Below are positions 37,011 to 46,604 of a stretch of 64,000 bases of DNA, piece after piece. The position numbers were made by a program, and so were the translations under genes. The notes beneath the pieces are model-generated. The model saw only the letters and a program-made list of their open reading frames with translations, ran no database searches and was not told where the DNA came from. The DNA is from Vicinamibacterales bacterium (GTDB lineage: Bacteria; Acidobacteriota; Vicinamibacteria; Vicinamibacterales; CAVVIG01): contig DATLLJ010000037.1 in assembly GCA_035537875.1 (NCBI GenBank), forward strand, positions 138,315-202,314, in the 5' to 3' direction. Each line of letters begins with the position of its first letter. The stretch's first letter is position 1.

Positions 37011-38125
37011 TCGCCAGCCTGCTCGATCAGCCGCGGGAGCACCGTGGCCGAATCGAAGTGTGCGTGCGCGAGGTCGGCCGCAGACTTCGCATGGTGGTCG
37101 TAATCGCGGTTCAGATCGTCGATCCCCCTCAGTGCGTCCTCGAGCGTCGAGAAAGCGAGGAGACCATGCCCGGACGGAAGATGGTCCGTCCAGCCCGTGT
37201 CCTGCACGAGAGCGGGTCGTCCGGAGGCCAGATAACACTCGGTCCGATCGCTGAACCATCCCGAGCGGGTCGCCACGTATGTATGCTTGGCGACTCCGAA
37301 TTCGGCTTTGGAGCGATGGATGAAGTCACGGTACGCCGCCGGCGTGCGAGAGACGCTCATCGCGTCCACCGTGTCCCAACCCCGATCGCGCAGCAGCTGT
37401 TGCGGTCCGTTGATCGCCAGCTCGAACCGCTGCGGTGTCCGCGATGGCATGTCGATGAATCTGAGAAACTCCTGATCCTTGTTGCCGCCGACGTCGGTGA
37501 AGCTCTCGATCTGCCACGTCATGACACTCGTGAACCGGTCGCCGGGGGGCAGGCTCGTCCGCCAGTCATCGAGCGTGACCGGCTGCCACGTCTTGTGCCA
37601 GGTGAAGGTGCCGGTGGGCACCGGCGACCGTTCCGTTCCGATGTTCGACCCGAACGTGAACAGGTGGTCGAAGCGCTCGAAGAACGCGACGTACCACGGT
37701 TCGGCTTTCGCGATGGCCAGTTGCGTGAAGGCCGGATCCGAGTCGATGAAGATCTTGCGTGGGATTCTGAGATATTCGTCGCGCCAGAACCAGGATCCGC
37801 CGGAAAGATTGATGAACAGGTCGGCGTCCGAGGCATAGAGACGAACGTCCTCCGCGGAGCGCCCGTGGTAGCTACCGTCGTAGTTCACGAATGACCAGCG
37901 ATCGCCGAGGCCATGGGGATGGAGCGTGGCGTTGATATACGAGGTGCCGTACGAGGGATCGGTGGCGCGCGTGTTCTGCACCGGATCGTAGACACATTCC
38001 CCGGTGTCTTCGATGTAGAAGACCTCGTGTCCCAGCGCTCGAAGGCCGAGGAGGTACATCAGCGAACACCAGGTCACGCCGCCGAAAGGGTATCGCGCGA
38101 TGATGCCCGCGAAGAGAATCTTCAT
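37007..38125 (-). CDS. CgeB-like (Glyco_trans_1_2-type) putative glycosyltransferase
   Basis: MKILFAGIIARYPFGGVTWCSLMYLLGLRALGHEVFYIED. The C-terminus SKAEFGVAKHTYVATRSGWFSDRTECYLASGRPALVQDTG fits my memory of the CgeB/YkvP C-terminal domain. Confidence 0.5.
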   Translation of the reverse strand: MKILFAGIIARYPFGGVTWCSLMYLLGLRALGHEVFYIEDTGECVYDPVQNTRATDPSYGTSYINATLHPHGLGDRWSFVNYDGSYHGRSAEDVRLYASDADLFINLSGGSWFWRDEYLRIPRKIFIDSDPAFTQLAIAKAEPWYVAFFERFDHLFTFGSNIGTERSPVPTGTFTWHKTWQPVTLDDWRTSLPPGDRFTSVMTWQIESFTDVGGNKDQEFLRFIDMPSRTPQRFELAINGPQQLLRDRGWDTVDAMSVSRTPAAYRDFIHRSKAEFGVAKHTYVATRSGWFSDRTECYLASGRPALVQDTGWTDHLPSGHGLLAFSTLEDALRGIDDLNRDYDHHAKSAADLAHAHFDSATVLPRLIEQAGE

Positions 38126-38138
38126 GGAGCCAGGAGGG

Positions 38139-39974
38139 CTATCGTCGCGCCGCCTCGATCAACTCGTCGACCGTCTCTGGCTCGTCGAGCGATTTGCCGA
38201 CCGACAGCCGTGCGCACATGCGTCGGTAGAGCAGGCTCGTCTTCAAGAGGTCGTCGTGTCGACCGATGGCGCTGATCCGGCCGTTGTCCAGCACCAAGAT
38301 GCGATCGGCATCTCTGACCGTGGACAGCCGGTGAGCGATCACGATCGTCGTTCGCCCGGCCCTCAACCGTCGGAGGGCGGCGAAGACGATTTCCTCGGAG
38401 ATCGCGTCGAGCGACGAGGTCGGCTCGTCGAGAATGAGAATCGGCGCGTTCTTGAGGATGGCGCGGGCGACGCTGAGGCGCTGACGTTCGCCTCCGGAGA
38501 GGCTTCCACCTGCCTCGGCAATTTCGGTGTCGTAGCCTTTCGGCAGACGCGAGATGAACTCGTGCGCATGAGCCGCGCGAGCAGCACCTTCGATGTCCTC
38601 GCGCGTCGCGTCGAGGCGACCGTACCGGAGGTTGTCGGCGATCGTCCCGGAGAACAGCACCGGTTCCTGGAGCACGATGGCGATTCGCTCGCGCAACGAT
38701 CGCAGCTCGTACTGCCGCACGTCGAGACCGTCGACGAAAACCCCGCCAGCCGTGACATCGTAGAAGCGCGGAATCAGGCTGACCAGCGTGGTTTTGCCGG
38801 CGCCGGTCAGCCCGACGAGCGCAACCATCTCGCCGGGCGATGCCTGGAACGTGATGTCGTGCAGGACGGCCGTCCCGTCGGGATAACTGAAATCGACGTT
38901 CTTGAAGTGGATCTGACCGCGAATGGCGGAACTGTCGGCCGCATCTGGCCGATCGACAGCCTCCGGAATCTCGGCGAGCATGGCCCTGACGCGCTTGGCG
39001 CCGGCAAGAGCGCCCTGAAGCTGACCGGTGGTGTAGGCGATGGCGGACAGAGGGCCGTAAACGGCGCCAAGATAAGCGATCACGACGGTCAGATCGCCGA
39101 TGGTCATCTGTTGCTGCAGCACGCGCAGCCCGCCGACGAGCAGCACGACCGCCGTCCCAATGATGGTGATCGAGCTGATGACGATGGAGAAGACCGATTG
39201 GCGCCAGGTGAGATCGATCCGCGCCAGCATGGTGCGGTCGCCGGCGACCGCATATCTGGCTGTTTCGAACGCCTCGCGGGCGAAGCTCTTCACCAGTCGA
39301 ATCGCGGTAAACGTCTCGTGGAGCCGTCCGACGAGCTTCGATTCGAGCTCCTTGACCTGTTCCTCGCGCGTCATCAGCGTCGAGATGTAGTACCGGATGG
39401 AGAGATAGAGGAACGGCACCACCGCGAGCGACAAGAGCGCCACCGTCAGATCGAGCTTCAGCAGAATCGCGAACATCACCACCAGCGTCGCGACGGAAGT
39501 GACGAGCGGAAACCCGCCGATCAGCAGGTTCTCGATCGCATAAGCGTCCACGTCAACGCGGTAGACGGAGTCGCCCGTGCTCGTCCTGACGTGATGATGA
39601 AGACCGAGCGCCTGAAGATGCTGAAACAGACGATAACGCAGGTTGTAAACCATGCGCTGGCCGGCATCGACCTGCAGCTGCGTGCTGTACGCGGACACGA
39701 CCTGGTGGGTGAGTTGCAGCACCACGCCGGCGCCGACGAGCGAAACGAGCAGGCCCAGCGGGCTGCCAAAGCGGTCGATCTGCAGCCACTGAGCCAACGA
39801 GGGAGGGACCGGCTGGCCGACGAGCACGTAGTCGATGACAACTTTCAACACCCACGGCTCGAGCGCGCCGAGCGCGACCTCGAGCAGCAGGAGGCAGGCC
39901 ACGAATGCCATGCGCGCGCGGTACGGCCGGAGAAAGGAGAGCGACCAGCGGACCAGGGAGTAGGGCTCCGTCAC
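38139..39974 (-). CDS. ABC exporter, fused TMD-NBD (MsbA-like type I exporter)
   Basis: Six-TM N-terminal half. Walker A GLTGAGKTT, signature LSGGERQR, Walker B ILILDEPTSSLD. GTG start 4 nt after the upstream stop. Confidence 0.9.
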   Translation of the reverse strand: MTEPYSLVRWSLSFLRPYRARMAFVACLLLLEVALGALEPWVLKVVIDYVLVGQPVPPSLAQWLQIDRFGSPLGLLVSLVGAGVVLQLTHQVVSAYSTQLQVDAGQRMVYNLRYRLFQHLQALGLHHHVRTSTGDSVYRVDVDAYAIENLLIGGFPLVTSVATLVVMFAILLKLDLTVALLSLAVVPFLYLSIRYYISTLMTREEQVKELESKLVGRLHETFTAIRLVKSFAREAFETARYAVAGDRTMLARIDLTWRQSVFSIVISSITIIGTAVVLLVGGLRVLQQQMTIGDLTVVIAYLGAVYGPLSAIAYTTGQLQGALAGAKRVRAMLAEIPEAVDRPDAADSSAIRGQIHFKNVDFSYPDGTAVLHDITFQASPGEMVALVGLTGAGKTTLVSLIPRFYDVTAGGVFVDGLDVRQYELRSLRERIAIVLQEPVLFSGTIADNLRYGRLDATREDIEGAARAAHAHEFISRLPKGYDTEIAEAGGSLSGGERQRLSVARAILKNAPILILDEPTSSLDAISEEIVFAALRRLRAGRTTIVIAHRLSTVRDADRILVLDNGRISAIGRHDDLLKTSLLYRRMCARLSVGKSLDEPETVDELIEAARR

Positions 39975-39978
39975 CGGC

Positions 39979-42900
39979 TCACCCCCCGACCCGTCGGGTG
40001 GCGGAAGGACGCGCCGGCGGCGCCTGCACCAGGTTGGGAGCGATCCGGGGAATGATGAGCGGGACGATTGTGTCCTGGCCCGAGTCGGCGACGTAGAGCC
40101 AGCCGCGGCGAGGACCGTTGGTCGCGAAGGCCACGCGGGACGGTGCCGTGAATGCCAGGCGCCCGTCGTCGCTCATGTCGCGGATGATTCCGTCCGGGCC
40201 AACTGCGCGGACGCGGCCGTTGTAATAATCGGCGATGAAGACGGTCACCTTGCCTGTCGGGTCTGGGACCACAGCCACGCCGGCCGGGCCCGCGAGACGT
40301 GCCTCGGTGGCCGGTCCGTCGTCTCCCGAATAGCCCCAATCGCCACCAGCGACCGTGGTGATGTGATGCGTCCGGGCATCTACCTTGCGAACGCGGTTGT
40401 GATGCATGTCGGCGATGTACAGGTCGCCGCTGATGGGATCGAGGGCGACGTCGCTCGGCATGTTCAGCGTGGCGTTCAGTGCCGGACCGCCGTCACCGAC
40501 CTCCATCGCGTCACCAGGTTTACCGTTGCCCGCCACCGTGAAGATGAGGCCGGTCTTCGCGTCGATCATCCGGACTCGATAGTTCAGGGTGTCGGCGATG
40601 TAAATGTCCCCGCTCGACGCCACGGCGACAGCGCTCGGCGTGTTGAGCGCAGTCATCAGCGCGGGACGGCCATCGCCGTCATATCCGCTTTCGCCAGAGC
40701 CCGCGATGGTCATGATGACGCCGGTCGGTCGATCGACGCGACGGATCCGGTTGTTGTGGGAATCGGCGATGACCAGATCGCCGTCCGGTGCGATCGCGAC
40801 GCCGTTGGGGGTGTCGAGCTGAGCGGCAGTCGCCGCGGCGTAGTCACCCGAGAATCCGCTCCCGGCGTCGTGATTGCCGGCCACCGGCTCGATATTGTTG
40901 TTCAGCGCCCCAATTCGACGGACGAGATGGTTGTTGGTATCGGCAAGGTACACGTCCCCGTTCGACGCAACAACGACACCGCCTGGTGTATCGAGCCATG
41001 CCTCGATGGCCGGTCCGTAGTCGCCCGCATACCCCTTTTGGCCGCCAATCACCGGACCGGTCGCGGCGTCGCGCAGCATGAACGTGCTCGCGCCCAGCGA
41101 AAGGATCATCAACGCGAAGATCGTCGCGCTCCGGAGACCGTACATTCGAAGCAGCGAAGGGGTGACGATTGGAGGCCGGACCGGACCAGAGGGCATCTGG
41201 TGCATGCCCTGTTCGACGGTCACCTTGTTGAGGCTGCGCTTCAACACCGCAGCGGCCTGAGCCGTGTGCCAGAGCGCCGCGCCGACGATGAGGATCGTCG
41301 CGGCACCCGAGATCGCGCCGGCGGCGGGCCATCTGAGCGCCAGTCCGAATGCCGCGGCGACAAACAGGGCGAGTCCCAGCCCGAGGGCGCTCACCACACC
41401 CAGCATTGCGGGACGGAGATGCGTGCTGACGCGAAGCATCGATTTGCCGTCGCCGTGGTCCTCCACGAGGGCGCGGGCGTCGATCCAGGCCCATCGCCCG
41501 ACGGGAATGCTCAGATCGCGATCGTCCGACCATCCCTCGTCGATCTCGATGGTTCGGACGGCGCGAGATCTCCGTAGCCAGTCGACGAGTTGAGACAGCA
41601 CCCGCTCGGACGAGGTCCACGTTTCGCTCCAGAACCGATCCTCGATGACTGTTCCGAGCAGGAGGAGAATTGCGCGCCACGCCTCGGCCACCGACGGTCG
41701 TGGACCGCCGCTCTTCTGCGCCACCGGATGAGGCAGGGGGACTTCCGGAGGCGAGAGGACTCCGCGGACCCTGCCGACGGCGCGCGCGAGCGGCTGAATG
41801 AAATGCAGGTAGGCAACCGCCGCGCGGTACCACAGCTTGCTTCCCGGCAGCGAATGCACCTGCGACCGCATCGCGTACGTGAGGTTCTTCACGATCGTCG
41901 ATGACACGCCGATCAGGCCGGTGGCGAGCAGGAGCGCGGCCGCCCAGTCGTGATTTCCGACCGCTGCCACGCCCAGGCCGCTGAGCGTCAGGAGGAACGA
42001 GAGGGCCTGCCACCGAATCGAGTGCGGCAGAAACGCGAAGGGATGCACATCGGTCCGGTAGACCGAGGGAAACGGAGACGACCCCCAGACCCCCGCGTTG
42101 ATCTTCGTGCCTGACAGCGATCGCACGAACGGCAGCGGACTGTAGATGCGTCCCCGCCACAGCATATGACCATCGAGGAACTTCTCCGGGTGGTGTGCCA
42201 TCAGCCACGTTTCGCCTTCTCCGTAGCCGATCTGCTGCTTCCAATACGCCCTGATGGACGAGCGATGGTGGTGCCAAACGAGGGCCGCCGCAGCGAAGCC
42301 GATCTTCCAGCCCCGCGCCTGCAGCCGCCAGCACGCGTCCACATCGTCGCCGGCGCGGAGATAGACGGGGTTGAAGCCGCCGATCGCCAGGAGGGCATCG
42401 CGGCGAAACGCCATGTTGCACCCTGGCACGTGCTCGGCCGTGCGATCGTCGAGCAGGACATGAGTCGGCTCGCCCGGCGCCCGGGCAATGCACTGCGCCA
42501 TGGGCGGATCGTCATCAGGGACGACATTGGGTCCGCCGGAGCCGACCACGTCGGAGGTCAGGAACGGCTGGACGAGAAACGTGAGCCAGTCGGGGTCGAC
42601 GCGCGCATCGGCGTCCGTGTACGCCACGATCTCGCCGGTCGCTTCGGCCAGGCCGACATTGCGTGCGGCGCTCAGCCCGCGATTCGGTGTGTCGATGACT
42701 CGGACGAACGGATACCCGCGACCAATCTCGCTGGTTCGATCTCTCGAGCCGTCGTTGACGAGAATGACTTCGTAGGTCGGATACGTCAGCTTCCCAAGCG
42801 ACTCCAGGCAGTCGTCCAGCGTGGCGGCCGCGTTGAAGGCACAGACGATGACGGACACATGAGGCCAGGCCGCGCGAGCCTCCGGCGGAAACGGGGCGTC

Positions 42901-43881
42901 CTCGAATGCGGCAGATACGGCGATCGCCGCCGGTTTGGGATTGCGATCGCGATCGACCAGGCCGAAGGCCCAGTCCTCGACCGGATGCCCGCCGCGCCAC
43001 CATTCATCCGTCCACGCGTAGGCGATCGCTCCGCAGGCCCCTTCCTCGAAGGCGGCGCGGATGTGAGTCGCCGTGATTTCTGCCTGCCCCGACTCGCCCT
43101 CTCGAATGCTGTCGGCACCCGCCTCGGCGAGAAGCAGCGGTTTGTGGCCGGCGATGTGCTGGAGACGGCAGAGATACGCGCGAAGCTCGGGCTCGCGATG
43201 GAGGTACACGTTGAACGCGCAGAGGTCGAAGAACGACAGATCGAGAAATTCGGTGGGGGGAAAATTGACGTAGGTGAAGAGGCTCTCGGGCGATTGCGCC
43301 TTCGCCGCATGATAGAGATCCCGCAGAAAATTCTCGACCCGCACTCTGCCATGCCACCGGACGACCCCGGGCGGAATTTCGTTGCCGAGGGCGAGGAGCA
43401 GGACCGCTGGATGACGTGCCAGATCCGCCACCTGTTTGACGATGTCGCGGCGGATCCTCCGGGCCAGCTTCCGGTCGTCGAGGAACGCAACGTGCTGTGA
43501 CCAGGGCAGCCCGACCATCAAGCGAAGGCCGTGCCGGGCGGCTTCATCCAGCAGGTCTTCTCTGGGCGGCGTATAAGTTCTGACGGTGTTGATGCCGAAC
43601 TCGGCCATCAAGCGGAAGTCTTCTGATACGCGCTGCGGGTCGGGAAACTGATAGCCGTCCGAATCCGGAGCAAAGGTTCCGTACGTCACACCCTTGACGA
43701 GGAACCGCTCGCCGACACTCTCGAGCTCGTGTGGCAACCCGGCCTGTCGCAGGAACTTGCCGTCTGTGGCGATTCGCGCAGCCGGTTCCGGGGGAACTCG
43801 GATTCGCGTGGCCGGAACGCCGGGCTTGGATTGGACGGCGATGCTCAAATCAGATCCGTCAGATATAGGCCGCGCAACCAA
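39979..43881 (-). CDS. 1300-aa multidomain membrane protein: TIM-barrel glycoside-hydrolase-like domain + GT2 glycosyltransferase + polytopic TM region + six-bladed NHL-repeat propeller
   Basis: The GH-like part has GINTVRTY...LGNEIP...LLAEAG. The GT2 part has VSVIVCAFNAA...ILVNDGSRD...YTDADA...GDDVD...RAYWKQQIGYGEG. There are several TM helices, then repeats such as DVYLADTNNHLVRRI, LVIADSHNNRIRRVD, IYIADTLNYRVRMID, LYIADMHHNRVRKVD, VFIADYYNGRVRAV and WLYVADSGQD. TTG start (no ATG nearby). Confidence 0.75.
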   Translation of the reverse strand: MVARPISDGSDLSIAVQSKPGVPATRIRVPPEPAARIATDGKFLRQAGLPHELESVGERFLVKGVTYGTFAPDSDGYQFPDPQRVSEDFRLMAEFGINTVRTYTPPREDLLDEAARHGLRLMVGLPWSQHVAFLDDRKLARRIRRDIVKQVADLARHPAVLLLALGNEIPPGVVRWHGRVRVENFLRDLYHAAKAQSPESLFTYVNFPPTEFLDLSFFDLCAFNVYLHREPELRAYLCRLQHIAGHKPLLLAEAGADSIREGESGQAEITATHIRAAFEEGACGAIAYAWTDEWWRGGHPVEDWAFGLVDRDRNPKPAAIAVSAAFEDAPFPPEARAAWPHVSVIVCAFNAAATLDDCLESLGKLTYPTYEVILVNDGSRDRTSEIGRGYPFVRVIDTPNRGLSAARNVGLAEATGEIVAYTDADARVDPDWLTFLVQPFLTSDVVGSGGPNVVPDDDPPMAQCIARAPGEPTHVLLDDRTAEHVPGCNMAFRRDALLAIGGFNPVYLRAGDDVDACWRLQARGWKIGFAAAALVWHHHRSSIRAYWKQQIGYGEGETWLMAHHPEKFLDGHMLWRGRIYSPLPFVRSLSGTKINAGVWGSSPFPSVYRTDVHPFAFLPHSIRWQALSFLLTLSGLGVAAVGNHDWAAALLLATGLIGVSSTIVKNLTYAMRSQVHSLPGSKLWYRAAVAYLHFIQPLARAVGRVRGVLSPPEVPLPHPVAQKSGGPRPSVAEAWRAILLLLGTVIEDRFWSETWTSSERVLSQLVDWLRRSRAVRTIEIDEGWSDDRDLSIPVGRWAWIDARALVEDHGDGKSMLRVSTHLRPAMLGVVSALGLGLALFVAAAFGLALRWPAAGAISGAATILIVGAALWHTAQAAAVLKRSLNKVTVEQGMHQMPSGPVRPPIVTPSLLRMYGLRSATIFALMILSLGASTFMLRDAATGPVIGGQKGYAGDYGPAIEAWLDTPGGVVVASNGDVYLADTNNHLVRRIGALNNNIEPVAGNHDAGSGFSGDYAAATAAQLDTPNGVAIAPDGDLVIADSHNNRIRRVDRPTGVIMTIAGSGESGYDGDGRPALMTALNTPSAVAVASSGDIYIADTLNYRVRMIDAKTGLIFTVAGNGKPGDAMEVGDGGPALNATLNMPSDVALDPISGDLYIADMHHNRVRKVDARTHHITTVAGGDWGYSGDDGPATEARLAGPAGVAVVPDPTGKVTVFIADYYNGRVRAVGPDGIIRDMSDDGRLAFTAPSRVAFATNGPRRGWLYVADSGQDTIVPLIIPRIAPNLVQAPPARPSATRRVGG

Positions 43882-43917
43882 TAATGCGGCAAATATCTAT
43901 TGTATAAGACGTTAGGC

Positions 43918-44613
43918 CTAGTTTTCAGGAGCATCAGCGGAAACCGCCAACCTGCCCGTGTAGAGGGCCATCCCCACCACCGCGTCGACGCCTAACTCGT
44001 GAAGGTCGTCGATTTCGCGCTGGGTCGTAATGCCACCCGCCGCCGTAATGGGCCGGCTGGTAGCCTGGCGCACAGCCCTAATCGCCTCCATGTTGGTCCC
44101 GCCCATCAGACCTTCCGCGTCGACGTGCGTATAGAGGAACTCCCCGCAGAACGGCTCGAGCGCGCGGACGGCATCCACGGCCGTCAGCGGCAGCGACGTT
44201 TTCCATCCATGGATCACGACCTGGCCCCCGCGACTGTCGACGGCCGCGATGATCCGCTCCAGCCCGACCGCCCCGGCCAGCGAGCGGGCGAACACGAGAT
44301 CGGGCCGCCCGTCTTTGAAAAGCGATGAGCCGGCGATAACCTGCCTGGCGCCCGCCGCCAGCACGTCCTGGGCGCGCGTGACAGTGCGGATCCCACCGCC
44401 AACCCGGCAGGAGAGGCGACCAGCAATCTGGCGCACGAGGTCGAGGTTGTCCCCGACCCCCATCGCGGCGTCCAGATCGATGACCTGGACTTTCGGAAAC
44501 CGCGCGAACCGCCGAACCCAGCGAAACACATCGTCGTCTCTGATGGCGAGACGCTCGCCCTGAACGAGCTGCACCACGGCGCCTTCTTTCAGATCGATCG
44601 ACGGGATCAGCAT
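43918..44613 (-). CDS. hisA: ProFAR isomerase (HisA family)
   Basis: MLIPSIDLKEGAVVQL...VIDLDAA...GGGIR...GGIT. (beta/alpha)8 HisA/HisF-like. Last gene of the his operon. Confidence 0.8.
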   Translation of the reverse strand: MLIPSIDLKEGAVVQLVQGERLAIRDDDVFRWVRRFARFPKVQVIDLDAAMGVGDNLDLVRQIAGRLSCRVGGGIRTVTRAQDVLAAGARQVIAGSSLFKDGRPDLVFARSLAGAVGLERIIAAVDSRGGQVVIHGWKTSLPLTAVDAVRALEPFCGEFLYTHVDAEGLMGGTNMEAIRAVRQATSRPITAAGGITTQREIDDLHELGVDAVVGMALYTGRLAVSADAPEN

Positions 44614-44634
44614 CGACGTGACCGCTCCGCCAGT

Positions 44635-45390
44635 TCAGAGGCGGACCGGAATGCCCCTTCCTTGCAAGTGTTCTTTGAGGCTGCGAACACTGGTTTCGGC
44701 GTAATGAAAGATCGACGCGGCGAGCGCGGCGTCGGCTCGTCCCGCTGTGAACACCTCGACGAAGTGGTCCAGGGATCCCGCCCCGCCCGACGCGATGACT
44801 GGTATCGACACCGCTGCCGACACGGCTGCGGTCAATGGGCAGTCGAAACCGACCTTGGTGCCGTCACGATCGATGGAGGTCAGCAGAATCTCTCCTGCGC
44901 CGCGCGCCTCGGCCTCGCGCGCCCACTCCACGGCATCGCGTCCCGCCGCGCTCTGGCCGCTGCGTGCATACACGGCGAATCCCTCGCCCGCCCGCTTCGC
45001 ATCGATGGCCACCACAACCGCCTGGCTGCCGTACCGCTCGGCCAATGTCGTGATCAGGGCAGGATCCGACAGCGCAGCCGTGTTCAGGCTGACCTTGTCG
45101 GCGCCAGCCTCGACCGCAGCGGCGGCGTCGGCCTCGGTCCGAATTCCGCCGCCTACGGCGAGTGGAATGAACAACTCGCGCGCGACGGCGTGGATGGTCT
45201 CGGCGAGCGCGCGACGCTGTTCGAGCGTGGCGGTAATGTCGAGGATGACGAGCTCGTCGATGCCTTCTGTGTTGTACCGGCGCGCGAGCTCAGCCGGGTC
45301 GCCGGCCGACCGCAGCCCTTCGAAGTTCACCCCTTTGACGACGTGACCGTTGCGAACGTCGAGGCAGGCGATGATCCGCTTGGACAGCAT
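44635..45390 (-). CDS. hisF: Imidazole glycerol phosphate synthase, cyclase subunit
   Basis: [23 protein letters not shown]...[10 protein letters not shown]...GGGIR...[10 protein letters not shown]...ASGGAG. Confidence 0.95.
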   Translation of the reverse strand: MLSKRIIACLDVRNGHVVKGVNFEGLRSAGDPAELARRYNTEGIDELVILDITATLEQRRALAETIHAVARELFIPLAVGGGIRTEADAAAAVEAGADKVSLNTAALSDPALITTLAERYGSQAVVVAIDAKRAGEGFAVYARSGQSAAGRDAVEWAREAEARGAGEILLTSIDRDGTKVGFDCPLTAAVSAAVSIPVIASGGAGSLDHFVEVFTAGRADAALAASIFHYAETSVRSLKEHLQGRGIPVRL

Positions 45391-45396
45391 GGGATA

Positions 45397-46020
45397 TCAG
45401 CAGGGCTCTCGAGACGCCCTGACGAAATTTCGCAGGATCGTCAGACCCACTTCGCCCGACTTTTCCGGATGAAACTGCACTCCCGCCACGTGGCCGCGCT
45501 GGACGACGGATGCGAACGGCTCGCCGTGTTCGGTCACCGCAACCGTGTCAAGCGTGACGGGTGCGACGTAACTGTGCGTGAAGTAGACCTGCGCCCCAGA
45601 GGGGATTCCAGCCACGATCGGCGCGTCGCGTTGGATGCGGATATTGTTCCATCCGACATGTGGAACTTTGACGGCGCCTCCGTTCTCGGCCGAGCCGCCT
45701 GACAGTCGATAACACGAGCCGGGCAGCAGGCCCAGTCCCGGGCAGTCAGGTGCTTCGTCGCTGCCCGCAAACAGCCACTGCAGACCGAGGCAGATGCCAA
45801 GGAGGGGACGGCCTGCGGCGACACGCCCTCGTATGGCCTCAACCCATCCACGATCGAGCGCCGAGGTCGCGCCGAAGTGCCCGACGCCCGGAACGACTAT
45901 GGCATCCGCGATATCGAGGTCGCCCGGCGCGCCAGGGTCATACAGCTCGGCGCCGATGGCGGCGAATGCCTTGCGCACCGAGGTCAGGTTACCTGCTTTG
46001 TAGTCGATGAGCGCGATCAC
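45397..46020 (-). CDS. hisH: Imidazole glycerol phosphate synthase, glutamine amidotransferase subunit
   Basis: From GTG 46020 (GTGA overlap with the hisB stop): [15 protein letters not shown]...VVPGVGHF...GICLGLQ...FHPEKS. Confidence 0.9.
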   Translation of the reverse strand: MIALIDYKAGNLTSVRKAFAAIGAELYDPGAPGDLDIADAIVVPGVGHFGATSALDRGWVEAIRGRVAAGRPLLGICLGLQWLFAGSDEAPDCPGLGLLPGSCYRLSGGSAENGGAVKVPHVGWNNIRIQRDAPIVAGIPSGAQVYFTHSYVAPVTLDTVAVTEHGEPFASVVQRGHVAGVQFHPEKSGEVGLTILRNFVRASREPC

Positions 46021-46604
46021 AGCAGGCCCTTGGTGCTCGGCAGCATCCGTGCGAGCTGTTTGTCTTTCGAACACGCCACACGTAACGCGCGCGCGAAGGC
46101 CTTGAAGACCGCCTCTATGTGGTGATGGCTGGATCGCCCGTAGAGAACTTTCACGTGCACGTTCGCGCGAGCGCCGAGCGCGAAGCCGTCGAAGAAATCG
46201 TGGACGAGCTCGGTCTGGAGATCTCCGACACGCACGACTCTGACCTTCAGATCCACGACGGCATGAGGTCGTCCGCCGAGGTCCACGGCGGCGACGGCCA
46301 AGGTTTCGTCCATGGGCATGACGAAGTAGCCGGCTCGATTGATGCCGCGCCGCGTTCCGACGGCGCGCGCGACGGCTTCGCCCAGGGCGATACCCATGTC
46401 TTCGACGGTATGGTGCTGATCGACATCGAGGTCGCCCTGGGCGTCGACGCGAAGGTCGAATCCGCCATGCCGCGCAAAGAGCTCGAGCATGTGGTCCAGA
46501 AACCTTATGCCAGTATGGATGGCGTACCGGCCACGGCCCTCGAGCCCGAGGCGAACCACAATCTGCGTTTCCTTCGTCCGTCGCTCGATCAGGGCGCGGC
46601 GCAC
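46017..46604 (-). CDS. hisB: Imidazoleglycerol-phosphate dehydratase (monofunctional)
   Basis: [14 protein letters not shown]...[10 protein letters not shown]...[14 protein letters not shown]...[12 protein letters not shown]. Start proposed at GTG 46604. Confidence 0.9.
   Translation of the reverse strand: MRRALIERRTKETQIVVRLGLEGRGRYAIHTGIRFLDHMLELFARHGGFDLRVDAQGDLDVDQHHTVEDMGIALGEAVARAVGTRRGINRAGYFVMPMDETLAVAAVDLGGRPHAVVDLKVRVVRVGDLQTELVHDFFDGFALGARANVHVKVLYGRSSHHHIEAVFKAFARALRVACSKDKQLARMLPSTKGLL

Noticed and set aside
38100-43500. Several long plus-strand ORFs (651, 404 and 444 aa) and an alternative-frame minus-strand ORF (549 aa)
   Set aside because: They are shadow frames of the ABC exporter and the 1300-aa protein, with Arg/Asp/Gly/His-rich sequence and no motifs. 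The chosen frames carry Walker, signature, GT2 and NHL motifs.
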